DNA of 64,000 nt, from contig CM119376.1 in assembly GCA_051294905.1 (NCBI GenBank), positions 18,972,001 to 19,036,000 of the forward strand, given 5' to 3'. This document shows positions 53,301 to 64,000 of this stretch, piece after piece. The stretch's first letter is position 1; the number at the start of each line of letters is the position of its first letter. The stretch comes from Botryllus schlosseri (taxonomy: Eukaryota). The notes under the pieces are model-generated. The model ran no database searches and had not been told where the DNA came from. It saw only the letters and a program-made list of their open reading frames with translations. The translations under genes were made by a program, and so were the position numbers.

Positions 53301-56300
53301 CGAGTCAAGTCACTCGATTTTTGGAGGTGACTCGAGTCAAGTCAAGTCAAGTCACAATTCAAGTCAAATTGCCTTTTCGAAGTATGAGGTATGATTACGT
53401 CCTTGCATTTTGCTATCTGTTAGAGTCAAATATACACGCAATTACGCACTGTATCGCTCACATATTCGTAGAACTGCAAAACTACATAAGTAATTGCATA
53501 GCCTCAGTTTACAGTTACCAGCCAAAACAGAGAGAAACGAATTGATAAGATGCAATACATTATTCATTTACAAATTAATATGATACAATTCGAGCCAGCG
53601 CCAATGGCTGAGGACTATATAAACTATATTCGAATTCAATTTCAATAATATAAGAGGTTTGGTTAAGCTAAGAACAGAAAACAGGAATAGACATTTTGCT
53701 ACATCACTTTACGATACTAGTTAACGACACAGTAAGATGCAAGCTTCGATCACTTCGTTTGCGGTCAATATATTTGTGAGAGACAATGGAGGCTCAGTAA
53801 AACGCACGATCATTGAATGATTGGTCGCTCTCACGGGTGACACCAGGGTTTCGCGAACAATCCGAATATACGGAAGATACAATGATTTTTATCGACACAC
53901 ATTAGTTCATGACTTGAAATTGACTCGTGAATGAAAAAAGTGACTCGAGTCAAGTCATGACTTGTGTCATCCCAATACTGGTATATGACAAGATACTAAC
54001 CGAAGTAGCACCTCAATAGTAACGAACTGTGTAACTAGTACTCAATGACAGACGAAGCTACGGGGTCTTGGTGAACCACCACTGCAACAAACCTGACTTG
54101 CGCCTTCTCCACGGACTTTTCCACGCTCTTGCTTCGACTTTTACCGAGCGGTTGACGCTGAAATGTACTCGAATCGTAATCACAAACGTCGCGATTCAAT
54201 CCAAACGTAGCGCAGCGTACCTTGATGCGTTTCCTTTGCTTCTTATCTCCGGTCGATTCCTCGGGATGGGCTGTCTGCTGCTCGTCAGGCTCCGGTGATT
54301 CCTGATCAAAAATGCAGATACTGATTAGCAGCTTACAGGATTCAAACTTTGAGAACACAAATCTGGCAGTAATACAGCACAATATTTCTGTTAAGTTGAA
54401 ACAAAATACTCAGTACTATATGGAGAATGCCAATTACAGAATGTCTAGACTCTAGATGATTACAAATCGTGAGCATTCGAGGACACGACCAGCGATGGAT
54501 GGATGGCAGTACCAGACCAGATAATTCTCTTCGTCTAATCAGACTACGTATAGCAGAATGCCACTAATCTAATTTGCTAAATGTTTCTTTGCTCTAATTT
54601 GAATCCTAATCTAATTTGTTGAATGTTTCTATGCTCTGATGGCAATTCGAATCTAAGTGTTTTTTTCTGAAAATCCTATAGTATTGCAGGCTGTAGTGCA
54701 AAACGTGCCAAGCTTGCTGCACAGACATTTCTCATTCTCGTGCTTATGAAAATGTAATCTGGTTTGATATGAACGGAAAGTGATTAAATTTACAAGTGTT
54801 TTCCGAGCGCGAATTCAGCGATTCTAATTCTAATCTTCAAACACCTGCGCGGTTATAATTCCAACCTAGTTTGGAAAAAACTGTGTTGCCATACTTCTGC
54901 TTCTAGAATGTATGGCCATAATTCTAATTCGAATGTAATTTAGAAAAATTAAAAATTTTCTAGTGGTCCAAGACTGTGAAGTACCTCTAAGTTAAGCGAG
55001 AAAATCAGCAAAGATATGTATCTCCCGAACTTAGTCTGTTATAAAACAACCACACCACACATCGTACCTTCTTTCGTTTTCTGCTCCGTTCCGGCGAATT
55101 CGACGACTGCTCTTCTGGTTTTGCATCCTTCTGGAGATGGATTCTAGACGCATAAATACATGATAAATTACACATAGACTCAAGAACAACAGAGACTCGA
55201 ATCTCCTACCTTCTTCCAGTCCTCTTCACCTCGTCTTCCTCTTTGCTTTCGTCCGCTTGCATCTGAAAATAGAAAAACAAAATCAGATAACGTCATCCTG
55301 CAAAACATCGCCGGTGCTCCGTCTCACCTCCGCTTTGTCTTGCGTAACTCCGTCGTTTTCATCGTAATCCAGTTCCTCTTCTTGACTTACCATTTCGTCG
55401 ACGTCCACGACCGTTTCCTCGGTTATCATTGCTTCGTCTACGGCCGGTTTCTCTTTCTGCAACGAGAATGTTATCTGTATATTTATCGTGCGCATTGCAA
55501 GTATATTGATAGAATATGGCAATTGATTGAAAAGAAGCTTTTCCGGGTTCATCGAGTGCGGATTTGTTTTCCAATAACAATGATCTGTATTTAAAGAGGT
55601 TTCAATCAAAGGTGACCAGTATTGAAGTACTTGTACTTTTTGCACTGCTTACGCAAGTGTTGATGTTTTCAGGCTACTTCTACTTCAACAGTTTTCGATG
55701 CTAAATTACTTACTTTACACAGTTCGGCTTTTGTACAGTAGGAAGTAGATTTGGAATGATTGGTTTTGATCGCCGAAATGCGAGTGATATTATCACATCA
55801 GATCAAATTGCTGAAATATCCACTGTATCATGATCACAACATGATCAAGTTTTTCATCAGTCGTTTTGCAAAGATACACCAGTACACCTTGCACTTTCTG
55901 AAGAAGCCCACCTCCGATTAACAACTAATAGTATGCGACACTTCCGACCCAACCTACTTTTGAAAACTAGCCTACTAAGTATAGTACTTTTCAAACAATA
56001 GGGTCCATCAAACACTAGGTGTTGCCAGACTTTGGGTGTTAACCGACGTTGTTCCGAAGTTTTAATTCATCCTTTAACGAGCTCACGGTCCAAGTAGAGA
56101 ACGCTGTAGCCATTATTTAGTCGGGAAAGCAGCCTACAAGTTTCTGACAACGGTATCGCGTACGTAACAACTGCGGTTACCACCCAAAGTCTGGCGACAC
56201 CTAGTGGGACCCTATTCATTAGCTACTTGTACTTGACTAGAAATTCACGGCAGTACTTCTACTGCTACTTGAGTAGCCTTGCTGACTACTTTGCTCGAAG

Positions 56301-58763
56301 GTTTTAAGGCACTCACAGACAGCTCTAAAGTAGCCTGCAAAAATTACCACTGGTTCTGTAATATCTGACGACAGGACACAAAACTGGAATATTTTTGTCA
56401 AATACATAAAAGCACCTAAAAACGGCTCATTTCAGGACGTAATACGAATCACGAATAACATCCCACAACCATTGCCGGAGAACTCCTCAAAATTTTCGTC
56501 CAGATGTGCTATTGTTTTACTTCCACATAACTCACCTCCGCCGGTTCCTCCACCTTTTCTTCCGTTTCCTCCACCTTTTCTTCCGCTTCCTCCACCTTTT
56601 CTTCTGCTTTCTCTTCCGTTTTCTCATCAACAACACTTTCAGAAGCATGTACCGCATCCATGCTTTCCTGCTCGACTTTCTCCGGCTCGGCTGTCTCCTC
56701 CACCACTGGTTCTGGAACAGGTTCTTCTCGCGAAACCTCTTCGCTTTCCAACTGAGTGCTGTCTGCCGCGTGAACTACGCTGCCGGAATTTGTCACCACG
56801 TCGGACACATCAGCAGAGGCTTGACTCGCAGAATCTTCATGTGATTGAGCAGACGCTTCATTATCAGCTTGCTTACATTCGTCTTTTTCTTCCTTGGCTG
56901 AATCGCGATCCTCCCCGTCAACAATGTCTTCGACAATTTCTTCTTTCTCAGCCTTCTTGTTGCCCGCTTCCTGATTATTAACGGGCGGTTTGTCATCTGT
57001 AGTCGGTTTGACCGTTGCTTGAGCGTCGCTCTCCTCTTCCGTGGTTTCAGTCTTGCTGCCGCGAGATTCGCTTCTGGTTCCGCGACGACTTCTCCTTTCC
57101 ACCAACGGCGAGATTACATTCCCGGTCTTACTCGAGACGCCGTCGTCTTCGGAATCGGCCTCTGACGTCGACGAGACTGCTAGACAAAGGTGTGTTGTCG
57201 ATTGCCGTCAATAGTAGATGGATTGTTTAGCTCAAATGGGTGGATTGCATGGGACTTTTTTGACATCGCGGACCAGTAAAACTACAAAACATACGACAGG
57301 TGAACTTTCAAAAATAAAATTTACCCTGAATTTATTTACGATAAACCTATACAACTCAAATGTGATGTTGGACACTTCATTTAATGCTCCTTTATAACGA
57401 TGATATTTACACAAGGTTCCATTGAAAGACAAGCGACAAGGACAAAAATGTATAACATCCGATCCCTATAACGTAAATGTAATATGGGAAACTTCATTTG
57501 AAGATGTCTTTTTGATACTATGTGGTTCTATTGAAGTTTCTGCGACACCAAACGTACATAACTGGGCCTGCTTTGTTTTTCAAGTCCACTTGCCACTTGA
57601 GTAGGTATTGCATCTAGAGTGAGCAACATAAACAAATTTTAACACATAGCTAACGAATCAGGTATGAACAATATTTTGGAGGGTTGATGGAGACGCATTC
57701 CAGAAACAATCCATTGAACCTCTGATCAATATGCCTGACACAATGAAATGGCACTATGGCAACGGAAGCAACACGTGCATTGATCGATTGCTCAAGTCGA
57801 CCAAACTAATTAAATACTCACATCTGTTGCTTGCACTCTTTTGAATCATTTTTCTTTGATTTTCCATATATTGCTTTATGAAGTCATTGTCACCAGAGTC
57901 ATCCACGATCTACAAACCATACAACATTTCATGAGAACGTCACCATATCCATTTACTCAAGCGGATAGTAGCATTAGCGTGCATTGTAACAAACATCGAG
58001 GTATGCTTTGTAACGATTCACTCCCAACATAACATGACAGGTGAACAGTGGCTACAAGGCCTTGTCAATTCACAGTCGGATTGGAATTCTTCTTGCACAG
58101 GTAATTGAACGCAATCTAAATCTTAATTGGAGAAAGCATTTGTTGAAATAATAGCCATTCTGCTTCATTAACAGAAATATATCCTCATATTTCATAATAT
58201 ATTGAGGAATATTGTCAAAAAATAATGTGGATCATCAGTTCACCACTTCTCTCAAGGCTAACTCCTGTACTCGAGTAACCCAAGTCTGGCTAGAATTGTT
58301 AAGCTTGCTCTATGAACTTGGAACTTTTACTTACAGAAATTAAATAGTAATGCCTCTTTATATCTGAGTAATGTCAGTAATCATGAACATACTAATTTAT
58401 CAACTTCGGAAATAACCGATAAGTTAAAATTAGTAATAGATTAATGGGTGAGAAATAAGTAAGTTAACATGAACACGCGCAACTTTCACCTCGGAGTTTG
58501 GCAACGATCCTCCAGCAGGAGAACTTCTAGCCGCTTTTTGAAGGTTTTCAAGCTGAATAGTCTGTCAAATTATTATATTTATCCAATAAATAAACTAGAG
58601 GGTTCAAGAATGCAATAAAAATGCATCTTACGGATTTCAGCCTCTTTATCAACGTATTCTTGTTCCCACCTACGGCCACATTTCTCTCCTTGCATGCAGC
58701 TTTGAGCTCACTGACTTTGAAGTCCTTGAGGCTCCTCCCATTTAATAAAACTTCTTCAGACAT
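41335..58763 (-). CDS. ACIN1: Acinus (apoptotic chromatin condensation inducer / ASAP complex subunit), 23 coding exons, 3258 nt, 1085 aa
   Basis: Exons (minus): 58763-58632, 58552-58490, 57909-57822, 57179-56536, 55456-55328, 55262-55210, 55143-55068, 54301-54221, 54157-54093, 50049-49980, 48629-48572, 48499-48408, 47372-47187, 47120-46997, 46236-46139, 46065-45793, 45059-44952, 44893-44705, 44113-43973, 43913-43826, 42977-42877, 42806-42589, 41515-41335; phases chain. N-terminal SAP domain ([31 protein letters not shown]), [17 protein letters not shown] ([17 protein letters not shown]...[14 protein letters not shown]...[14 protein letters not shown]), REWDRDK, RSB motif ([23 protein letters not shown]), RS/RD-rich tail. 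Confidence 0.94.
41846..41935. mobile_element. Left end of a hAT MITE (caggggcgggcaacttctcc family)
   Basis: Nearly identical to 5810-5890. Confidence 0.65.
42150..42475 (+). repeat. Diverged ~70-bp direct repeat pair in the last ACIN1 intron, with a (CA)n run between
   Basis: taacctacagtca...gacgta...agcaa...agactgt(a/g)accg(t/c)gggcc at 42150 and 42405. Confidence 0.7.
43181..43408. mobile_element. Charlie/Buster-type hAT MITE (228 bp)
   Basis: TIR cagtggttcccaac / gttgggaaccactg; TSD agctaggc / agctagac. Confidence 0.9.
46565..46740 (-). mobile_element. tRNA-derived SINE
   Basis: Head ggcgagaTAGCGTAATGG (A box) and GGTTCGAATCC (B box); the cloverleaf stems do not pair; body shared with 1940-2010; A-rich end. 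Confidence 0.75.
47961..48376. mobile_element. Charlie/Buster-type hAT MITE (416 bp)
   Basis: TIR cagtggttctcaacc / ggttgagaaccgctg; TSD atctagtc / atctcgtc; cgcggacccc subterminal motifs. Confidence 0.88.
49069..49146 (-). CDS. Candidate alternative first coding exon of a short (SAP-less) Acinus isoform
   Basis: ATG 49146; MGKQCRQL|gtgagt (donor 49122) or [26 protein letters not shown]|gtaacc (donor 49068). Both are phase 0, matching exon 48629. CpG-rich upstream region with TGACGTCA at 49354-49361. Confidence 0.5.
50536..50838. mobile_element. MULE/Mutator-like MITE with an internal telomere-like (CCTAA/CCCTAA) array
   Basis: GG...CC termini; TIR ggt(tgccc/ccgtg)gacatatgagcatgcgaca; perfect 9-bp TSD gaaacaaac; degenerate cctaac repeats at ~50640-50750. 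Confidence 0.85.
50896..52398. mobile_element. Charlie/Buster-type hAT non-autonomous element (1503 bp, composite interior)
   Basis: TIR cagtggttcttaacctt / aaggttaagaaccactg; perfect TSD tcctagct; subterminal gggggcgctgg repeats; internal duplicated cgcccgaatatgtttaattatta. Confidence 0.92.
52460..52642 (+). pseudogene. Frameshifted hAT transposase relic (C-terminal dimerisation domain)
   Basis: ...GVSPAVYA / frameshift / [32 protein letters not shown]; the P-T-x-A-x-V-E-R-S-F-S signature is typical of the hATC domain. Confidence 0.7.
53204..53980. mobile_element. hAT-type non-autonomous element with GACTCGAGTC subterminal arrays (777 bp)
   Basis: TIR cagtgttgggat / atcccaatactg; TSD gtatatgg / gtatatga. 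Confidence 0.88.
55999..56214. mobile_element. Small MITE with ~45-bp imperfect TIRs
   Basis: tagggtcc...cactaggtgt(t/c)gccagactttgggtg at both ends, inverted; flanked by TA. Confidence 0.75.
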
Positions 58764-59489
58764 GTTCAATTGTCTGCTTCACCCTTGCTAATAGAGAAAC
58801 AGCTACAAAGGTAAATACAACATCTAAAAATAACAACTTGATCAGAGTCAGCATTATCCATCAAGAAAAATGCTATTTACAAAATAACAACATAACCAGA
58901 ATGTATGTATATAATGTATTGTTTGAATTGGTGGTATTGTGTGTGAATATTTTACTCTGTGATTAAAGTATATAGCACATGCTGGGTTAGTGGGTTTGGG
59001 ATACAAATCAAGCATGAATGAATCTGCAATCTGCTATCACCATCATCATCATTGGTTTATTAGCAATTTTTACCAGTTCAATACACCACAAAAATGTGAT
59101 ACAATGATAAGATAGGTAGGTGTCAAAGCGATTAGGAGTATAGTCTATGGATCAGACACCCACCTTATTGGCCTATGCGATGCGAAGAGGAGGCATGCAC
59201 ACTGAATGAAAAGTAGAAGACATCATTTTATATTAAATGGCAAAGGTCCCGAATCAAAATATGTGGGCTAGGTTCGCTTGTGTTACGGGCTACGCTAGCC
59301 GGCTAGCTAGAGTAGGGTTAGGTTTTGGAGTTTCATCGGGAAAGACATGTGCTGCTTAGCGGTGTCAGTACGACAAAAACGGGCATATATAAATATTACT
59401 GTGCGGATGAATAATGATTTATGCCGCGGCAAACCAGATTAATTAATCGAAAGATTTCGCCGAACGAAGTTAATTGATACATTTAATCG

Positions 59490-59720
59490 AATAACCTTGT
59501 CTTGAATAAAACAACCCGTGAGTTCGCGACTGAAATAGATCGTTTGCAATCCCGAATCCAGTAAACTTGTATTTCTAAACAGCCCAGCCGAACTCTGACG
59601 TCATCAAACTAACCAACTTCCATTTTCCCGGCTGCGAAACCGATTGCATCCTCAGGCGGAGACCACGACACGCTTTCTTTGATACCAGTAGATGGCGTGG
59701 TAAAAACATCTTTAGCAATT
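59490..59720. promoter_or_regulatory. Probable divergent promoter region for ACIN1 and MTRF1L, including a candidate non-coding ACIN1 first exon
   Basis: CpG-rich patch between head-to-head genes; CRE palindrome TGACGTCA 59596-59603; YY1-like AGATGGCG 59690-59697; minus-strand donor AAG|gttatt at 59495. Confidence 0.5.
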
Positions 59721-61114
59721 CTCATCGCAAATTGTTGTACCATGCAATCCAAAATTCAATAAAATTATTCGATCACCGCAGACCATATTGGTTCAGTTTT
59801 GAAGCGATTAAAGCTAAAAACTAGCTAAAAACTTGATCAGTCACACTCCAGATCAGTCATGCATAACCCATGGATCATATCAAAAGATCTGATCATACAT
59901 GCGTAGTACAAGCGTAAAAGTGCAAGCTTTCCAAGCAAAATGCATTGTAATTCATAATGACCTGTTTTCGGGAATCCTCGGAGTTTCTTTATGAAAAGTT
60001 TGCGAAGTGGAGTAGTTTTATCCGATGCGATGGTTTCTGTCGATATCGATTTTTCGTTGGATTTGCCTGCGATGTCGCCATAGCATTATACTTTACAGTT
60101 TTCACGGACGGACAACGGACATATACAGATGATGTGTTACGTATCGTTTGATAAGGTACCGCCGTACCGGTAACAGGTATTCATATTATATTGTTGAGCG
60201 AATTATGTGTTTGTGAATATTCAATTGTTATTAACTGCTAATGAAGGACTACTTTTTGAGTATACCCAAGCGGGAATTGCGTATATTTCCACTAACTTAC
60301 TGCGTGCGTGCCATGAGAAGACTGCCTGGAAAGTGAAAAGAGTGGTTGTTTTCGCTAATAAGTTGCGTGTGACAAAGAGGTTTCTTGCATTGAATAATTG
60401 AGTAATTAAACAGATAGTTTTCCGTCACGTTGACACCAATTCCACTCTGACCCTATACTGAGTGGTTCGGTTGTGTGTTAAAGTTTTAGACTACTTTAAC
60501 AACTTCGATATACTTATGCAATTTTTATGCGGTACTTTAGTCTACTATTAGTTAACCTCTTACACCTGGGATTTTGAAAAGTAGAAAGTAGATTTGTGAT
60601 GAGTTTGTATCACTTTTGTGATCGAAATCATCATAAGAACCGTGTGAAATAGACGTCGTCTGATGGCAACTGAATAGAAATACCTATTTGCAGTGTCATT
60701 TTGCAACAGTCACTACAGAGATTCATTTTGTAATTTCAGGAGTAACTACCTCCGACTAACTGCTTCAAGTATATATGCAAACCCTCAACCTCAACTATTT
60801 TAATCTATTGACCGGAATGGAATTGGTGGCAACGTCACGCGGGATTTTCTGTTTATTTCCTTAATTATTCTATATAGAAAAGCTCTCATCACGCAGGATT
60901 TATTTCAAAAAATGGACAGAGATTCCATATAGGTCTATTGATACTTACTTGAGTAGATTTCAAACCTTCCTTTATGTGATTTGACATGCTTTGAGAATTC
61001 ACATTTCTGATTAAGTAGAAAGTCACGGTGTTACCTCTACTTAAATGACCAATGCAGGCTAACTTTGACCACCTCTACAGTCTACATATTGCTATCTTCA
61101 CAGATAAACAAAGT

Positions 61115-62449
61115 ATGAATGTTAAAACATTTTGTAAAGTATTCAATCTGTTAGCTGATTCCAAATGTTCGAGATACCTGTTTAACTGTACTCAAATTAC
61201 AACGGCCACTCGATTTTCACCAAGTTTATCCACTGTGCGGGCTGCGAGGTACGCTTCCACCTCATCCAAATTCATCAGCTTGTATCAGAAAGACTTATTC
61301 AGCTACTTCAAAGAGCTGCAAGACAAGGTTTCCGAGGATAAATCGTCTTGGCCTGCCAATCTTTTAAATCTCTTCGGAAAAAATCCGAGAACAGCCCTTG
61401 AAAATTTCAATGTGGTATTAAACCGCATCCAAGCATTTGATGATGCCTTACAAGGACTTTCAGAAGTTGACCAATTAATAGAAGATGCGTCCACGGAACC
61501 TAATGAAACACAGCGAGATGAACTCCTGGTGATTGCGGAAGATGAAAAAGCGGGGATCGACGAAGACATGGCTCGTTTGAATGAGGAGATTGTAGACATT
61601 CTTGCCAGCCTGTCGGAAGCAAACAAGGAGTCACCAGACGAGATCGCACTGGAGGTATCCGCAGGCGTGGGCGGGCAAGAAGCAATGTTGTTTTCGGCTG
61701 AAATTTTCGATATGTATCAATCACTGTGTGTCCGATATGGTCAAGACTTTCAGGTCGTTCATTTAGATCAGACTGATATCGGCGGGTACTCTAAGGCTTG
61801 TGCCCGAATATCCTTCACGAACCCGAAAATCGGCAAAATGTTTATGAATGAGAGTGGCGTGCATCGTGTGCAACGCGTACCCGCAACCGATAAATTTAAA
61901 CGTGTCCACACCAGCACCGTGTCCGTAGCAGTCCTCCCGGTGTTTGACGAAGAAGAAATAGAAATCCCGGAGAAAGATTTAGAGATTGTGGCGTACTGTA
62001 AGACAAACAGCCCGGGCGGGCAGCACGCCAATAAAGTATCCACTGCAATTCGCATCAAACACAAGCCAACCGGGAAGATTGTAGATAGTAGCTCTTCGAA
62101 ATCTCAACTCGAAAATAGAAATTCTGCTCTCGCGTTGTTGAAAGCGAGGCTGTTCCAGGAGAAGATCGATGAGCAGGAAGACATTATAATGAAAACTAGG
62201 CGGCAACAAGTGAAAAATAACGAACGGTCCGATAAGATTCGTACCTATAACTTTCATCAGGACCGTGTCACGGATCACAGAATCAGCTTCTCCTGTGCGA
62301 ATGTGCCTCAGTTTTTAAAAGGGGGGCAATCGCTCGTGGACGTTATGGAGAAGCTGGTAGAAAAACATGATGCCGATGAGCTGAAACTCATCATTGAGTG
62401 TGTTTTAGACGAAAGAAAGGTGTTCTTAAGCGGCAGCAACGGCTCTTGA
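61115..62449 (+). CDS. MTRF1L: Mitochondrial class-I peptide chain release factor (mtRF1a type), single-exon CDS, 444 aa
   Basis: ATG 61115 follows acceptor tcttcacag (61103). N-terminus resembles a mitochondrial presequence. Motifs LEVSAGVGGQEAMLF, ESGVHRVQRVPAT (PxT), HTSTVSVAVLP, GGQ, RSDKIRTYNFHQDRVTDHRI. No MTRF1-type insertion beside PxT. Confidence 0.93.
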   Translation: MNVKTFCKVFNLLADSKCSRYLFNCTQITTATRFSPSLSTVRAARYASTSSKFISLYQKDLFSYFKELQDKVSEDKSSWPANLLNLFGKNPRTALENFNVVLNRIQAFDDALQGLSEVDQLIEDASTEPNETQRDELLVIAEDEKAGIDEDMARLNEEIVDILASLSEANKESPDEIALEVSAGVGGQEAMLFSAEIFDMYQSLCVRYGQDFQVVHLDQTDIGGYSKACARISFTNPKIGKMFMNESGVHRVQRVPATDKFKRVHTSTVSVAVLPVFDEEEIEIPEKDLEIVAYCKTNSPGGQHANKVSTAIRIKHKPTGKIVDSSSSKSQLENRNSALALLKARLFQEKIDEQEDIIMKTRRQQVKNNERSDKIRTYNFHQDRVTDHRISFSCANVPQFLKGGQSLVDVMEKLVEKHDADELKLIIECVLDERKVFLSGSNGS

Positions 62450-63090
62450 TCTTGGAAAAGTTATTGAATGAAAAACACCATATTTTATCAACGTTTTTGC
62501 GATATTGGTACACAGAAATAAATTATCCTTTCTCCCAGATTCGACTATTAATTGTGTTATTTATTGCACATGAGTATGTTCGCTCCTGTTGTACTTGATC
62601 CTCTAACTTTTGAATCAGATTATGATCATTGCATCGTTGACTGTTGTGGAACGTGGAAGTTCCTCAGCATTTTGATACTACCATTTGAGCTGGTTTCGCT
62701 GTTGTAATAATCCTTCCAAATAGTTTTCTATAAGTAGCCTAAGTTTCTTCCAGTTTAACAAAGTACTAATCGCCTCTGCACTGTGAATTATGTTTTTCTT
62801 GAATGGGCATTTACATGCATTTACTATCAATTTAGTAACAAATTAGCTGAATTTGTTTCAATCTGATATTGGTGTGGAAATCCTCAATTTTTCAATCAAA
62901 CAAGTATGCAACTAGGGCAGGCATCGCAACTTAATAAAGCTTGATATGCTGCCTTCGCACGCTGGCAGTATGTTAGACAACTGTATTACAGTCATTGATC
63001 AAAAACTTTCTCAGAAAAAGGAGAACATATATATATATTTTATTTGCAGTCCCATTCCATTTTTGCAAATATTTTTGTTTTGTAATGACC

Positions 63091-63910
63091 ATGTGCGATG
63101 AAGAGGAGGTGGCTGACTCCATGGAGTCACAATTCGCTCGACGACTTGCCGGCAACGAGAAAAAAATAAGGGATAAGGCTTTGAAAAAGCTGAAGAAATA
63201 TATGTCACTGCGATCGCAAAGAAGCGATGGCGGATTCAATCGGTGGGTCGTCACTTGAACTTGAACCTCATTGTTTCTAGTCAATAATTTGTGATTTTTC
63301 TAGAGAGGAAATGTTACGAATATGGAAAGGGCTATTCTACTGTATGTGGATGTCTGACAAGCCCCTTATTCAGGAGGAACTGTCGGAGAATATTGCCAAC
63401 CTGATGCTGGAGTAAGTGCATTCTTTCTGTTATTTTCATTTCCTTCAGCGTACATCGTACATACCTCATTTTTATGACTATTTGTAAGCCCTCTGAGGTC
63501 TTTCATCTCCATCTGGTCTCATAATTGTATCGCTATCATGTGGTATTTTTGCACTGAGTATTACGACAATGGGTACTGATTGAACTTATTCTTATTTCAG
63601 TTTCAACAACACAAAAACAGCAATGCTCTTTTTTGATGTCTTCCTCCAAACACTGCTGCGAGAGTGGAATGGCATCGACAGATTGCGTATGAGCAAATTC
63701 TACATGCTTGTCCGCAACGTCGTGGAAGTGTCCTTCAAGTTTCTTAAGTCCAACGACTGGGACGCCGGACTGATAGATTGGACGCTAGCCGTCTTGACAA
63801 ACGGCCCGATCTCTCCCATTCGCCCTTATTCGGGGATGCATTATCATTTTTGTGATATTTACCTGGAGGAGTTTGCGAAAGTGGCCGGCGATACAATCAC
63901 ATCAGATTTG
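63091..63910 (+). CDS. RRP1: Ribosomal RNA processing protein 1 (RRP1/NOP52 family), first three coding exons; continues beyond the window
   Basis: Exons 63091-63242, 63304-63411, 63601-63910 (phases 2, 2, 0). Motifs [60 protein letters not shown]. Confidence 0.93.
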
Positions 63911-64000
63911 GTAGGATCCTCATTATATTGATAGATCTGACCAATATTTCATATCTTACCTGAAAATCATTTAAGGTGCTGAAATTTTTGGATCCTTATT

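Noticed and set aside
57556-57613. Possible extra ACIN1 exon (ctctag|ATGCAATAC...GTTAT|gtacgt)
   Set aside because: Its phases do not preserve the frame between exons 57909-57822 and 57179-56536.

Overview
Eukaryotic (invertebrate, intron-rich, AT-rich, MITE-rich) genomic DNA. The short introns and gene compaction would fit an invertebrate chordate such as an ascidian, but that is inference only. I reconstructed five genes by hand from splice signals and reading-frame phase. (1) The 5' end of an unidentified minus-strand gene at the left edge. (2) A complete 38-exon non-muscle myosin II heavy chain (MYH9/10/zipper type, 1971 aa, minus). (3) A complete 23-coding-exon Acinus gene (ACIN1, 1085 aa, minus). 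(4) A mitochondrial release factor (MTRF1L/mtRF1a type, plus) whose CDS is a single exon. (5) The 5' part of RRP1/NOP52 (plus). The 1.5-11 kb spacer and many introns hold non-autonomous DNA transposons (hAT with 8-bp TSDs, a MULE-like element with a 9-bp TSD and telomere-like repeats, a 7-bp-TSD element that is a near-perfect 285-bp hairpin, a foldback-like element), a tRNA-derived SINE and a hAT transposase relic. The most interesting signals are an apparent alternative-splicing system in the myosin gene and an internal Acinus first exon. In myosin these are a GC-donor loop-1 microexon, a 94-aa loop-1 cassette or alternative first exon, a cluster of four Rbfox UGCAUG sites downstream, a U12 intron, and several tailpiece exons. 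The Acinus exon sits beside its own CRE site. ACIN1-MYH and MTRF1L-RRP1 are also packed tightly enough to raise an operon hypothesis. Most short ORFs in the supplied track are antisense or off-frame shadows of these exons, or spurious.
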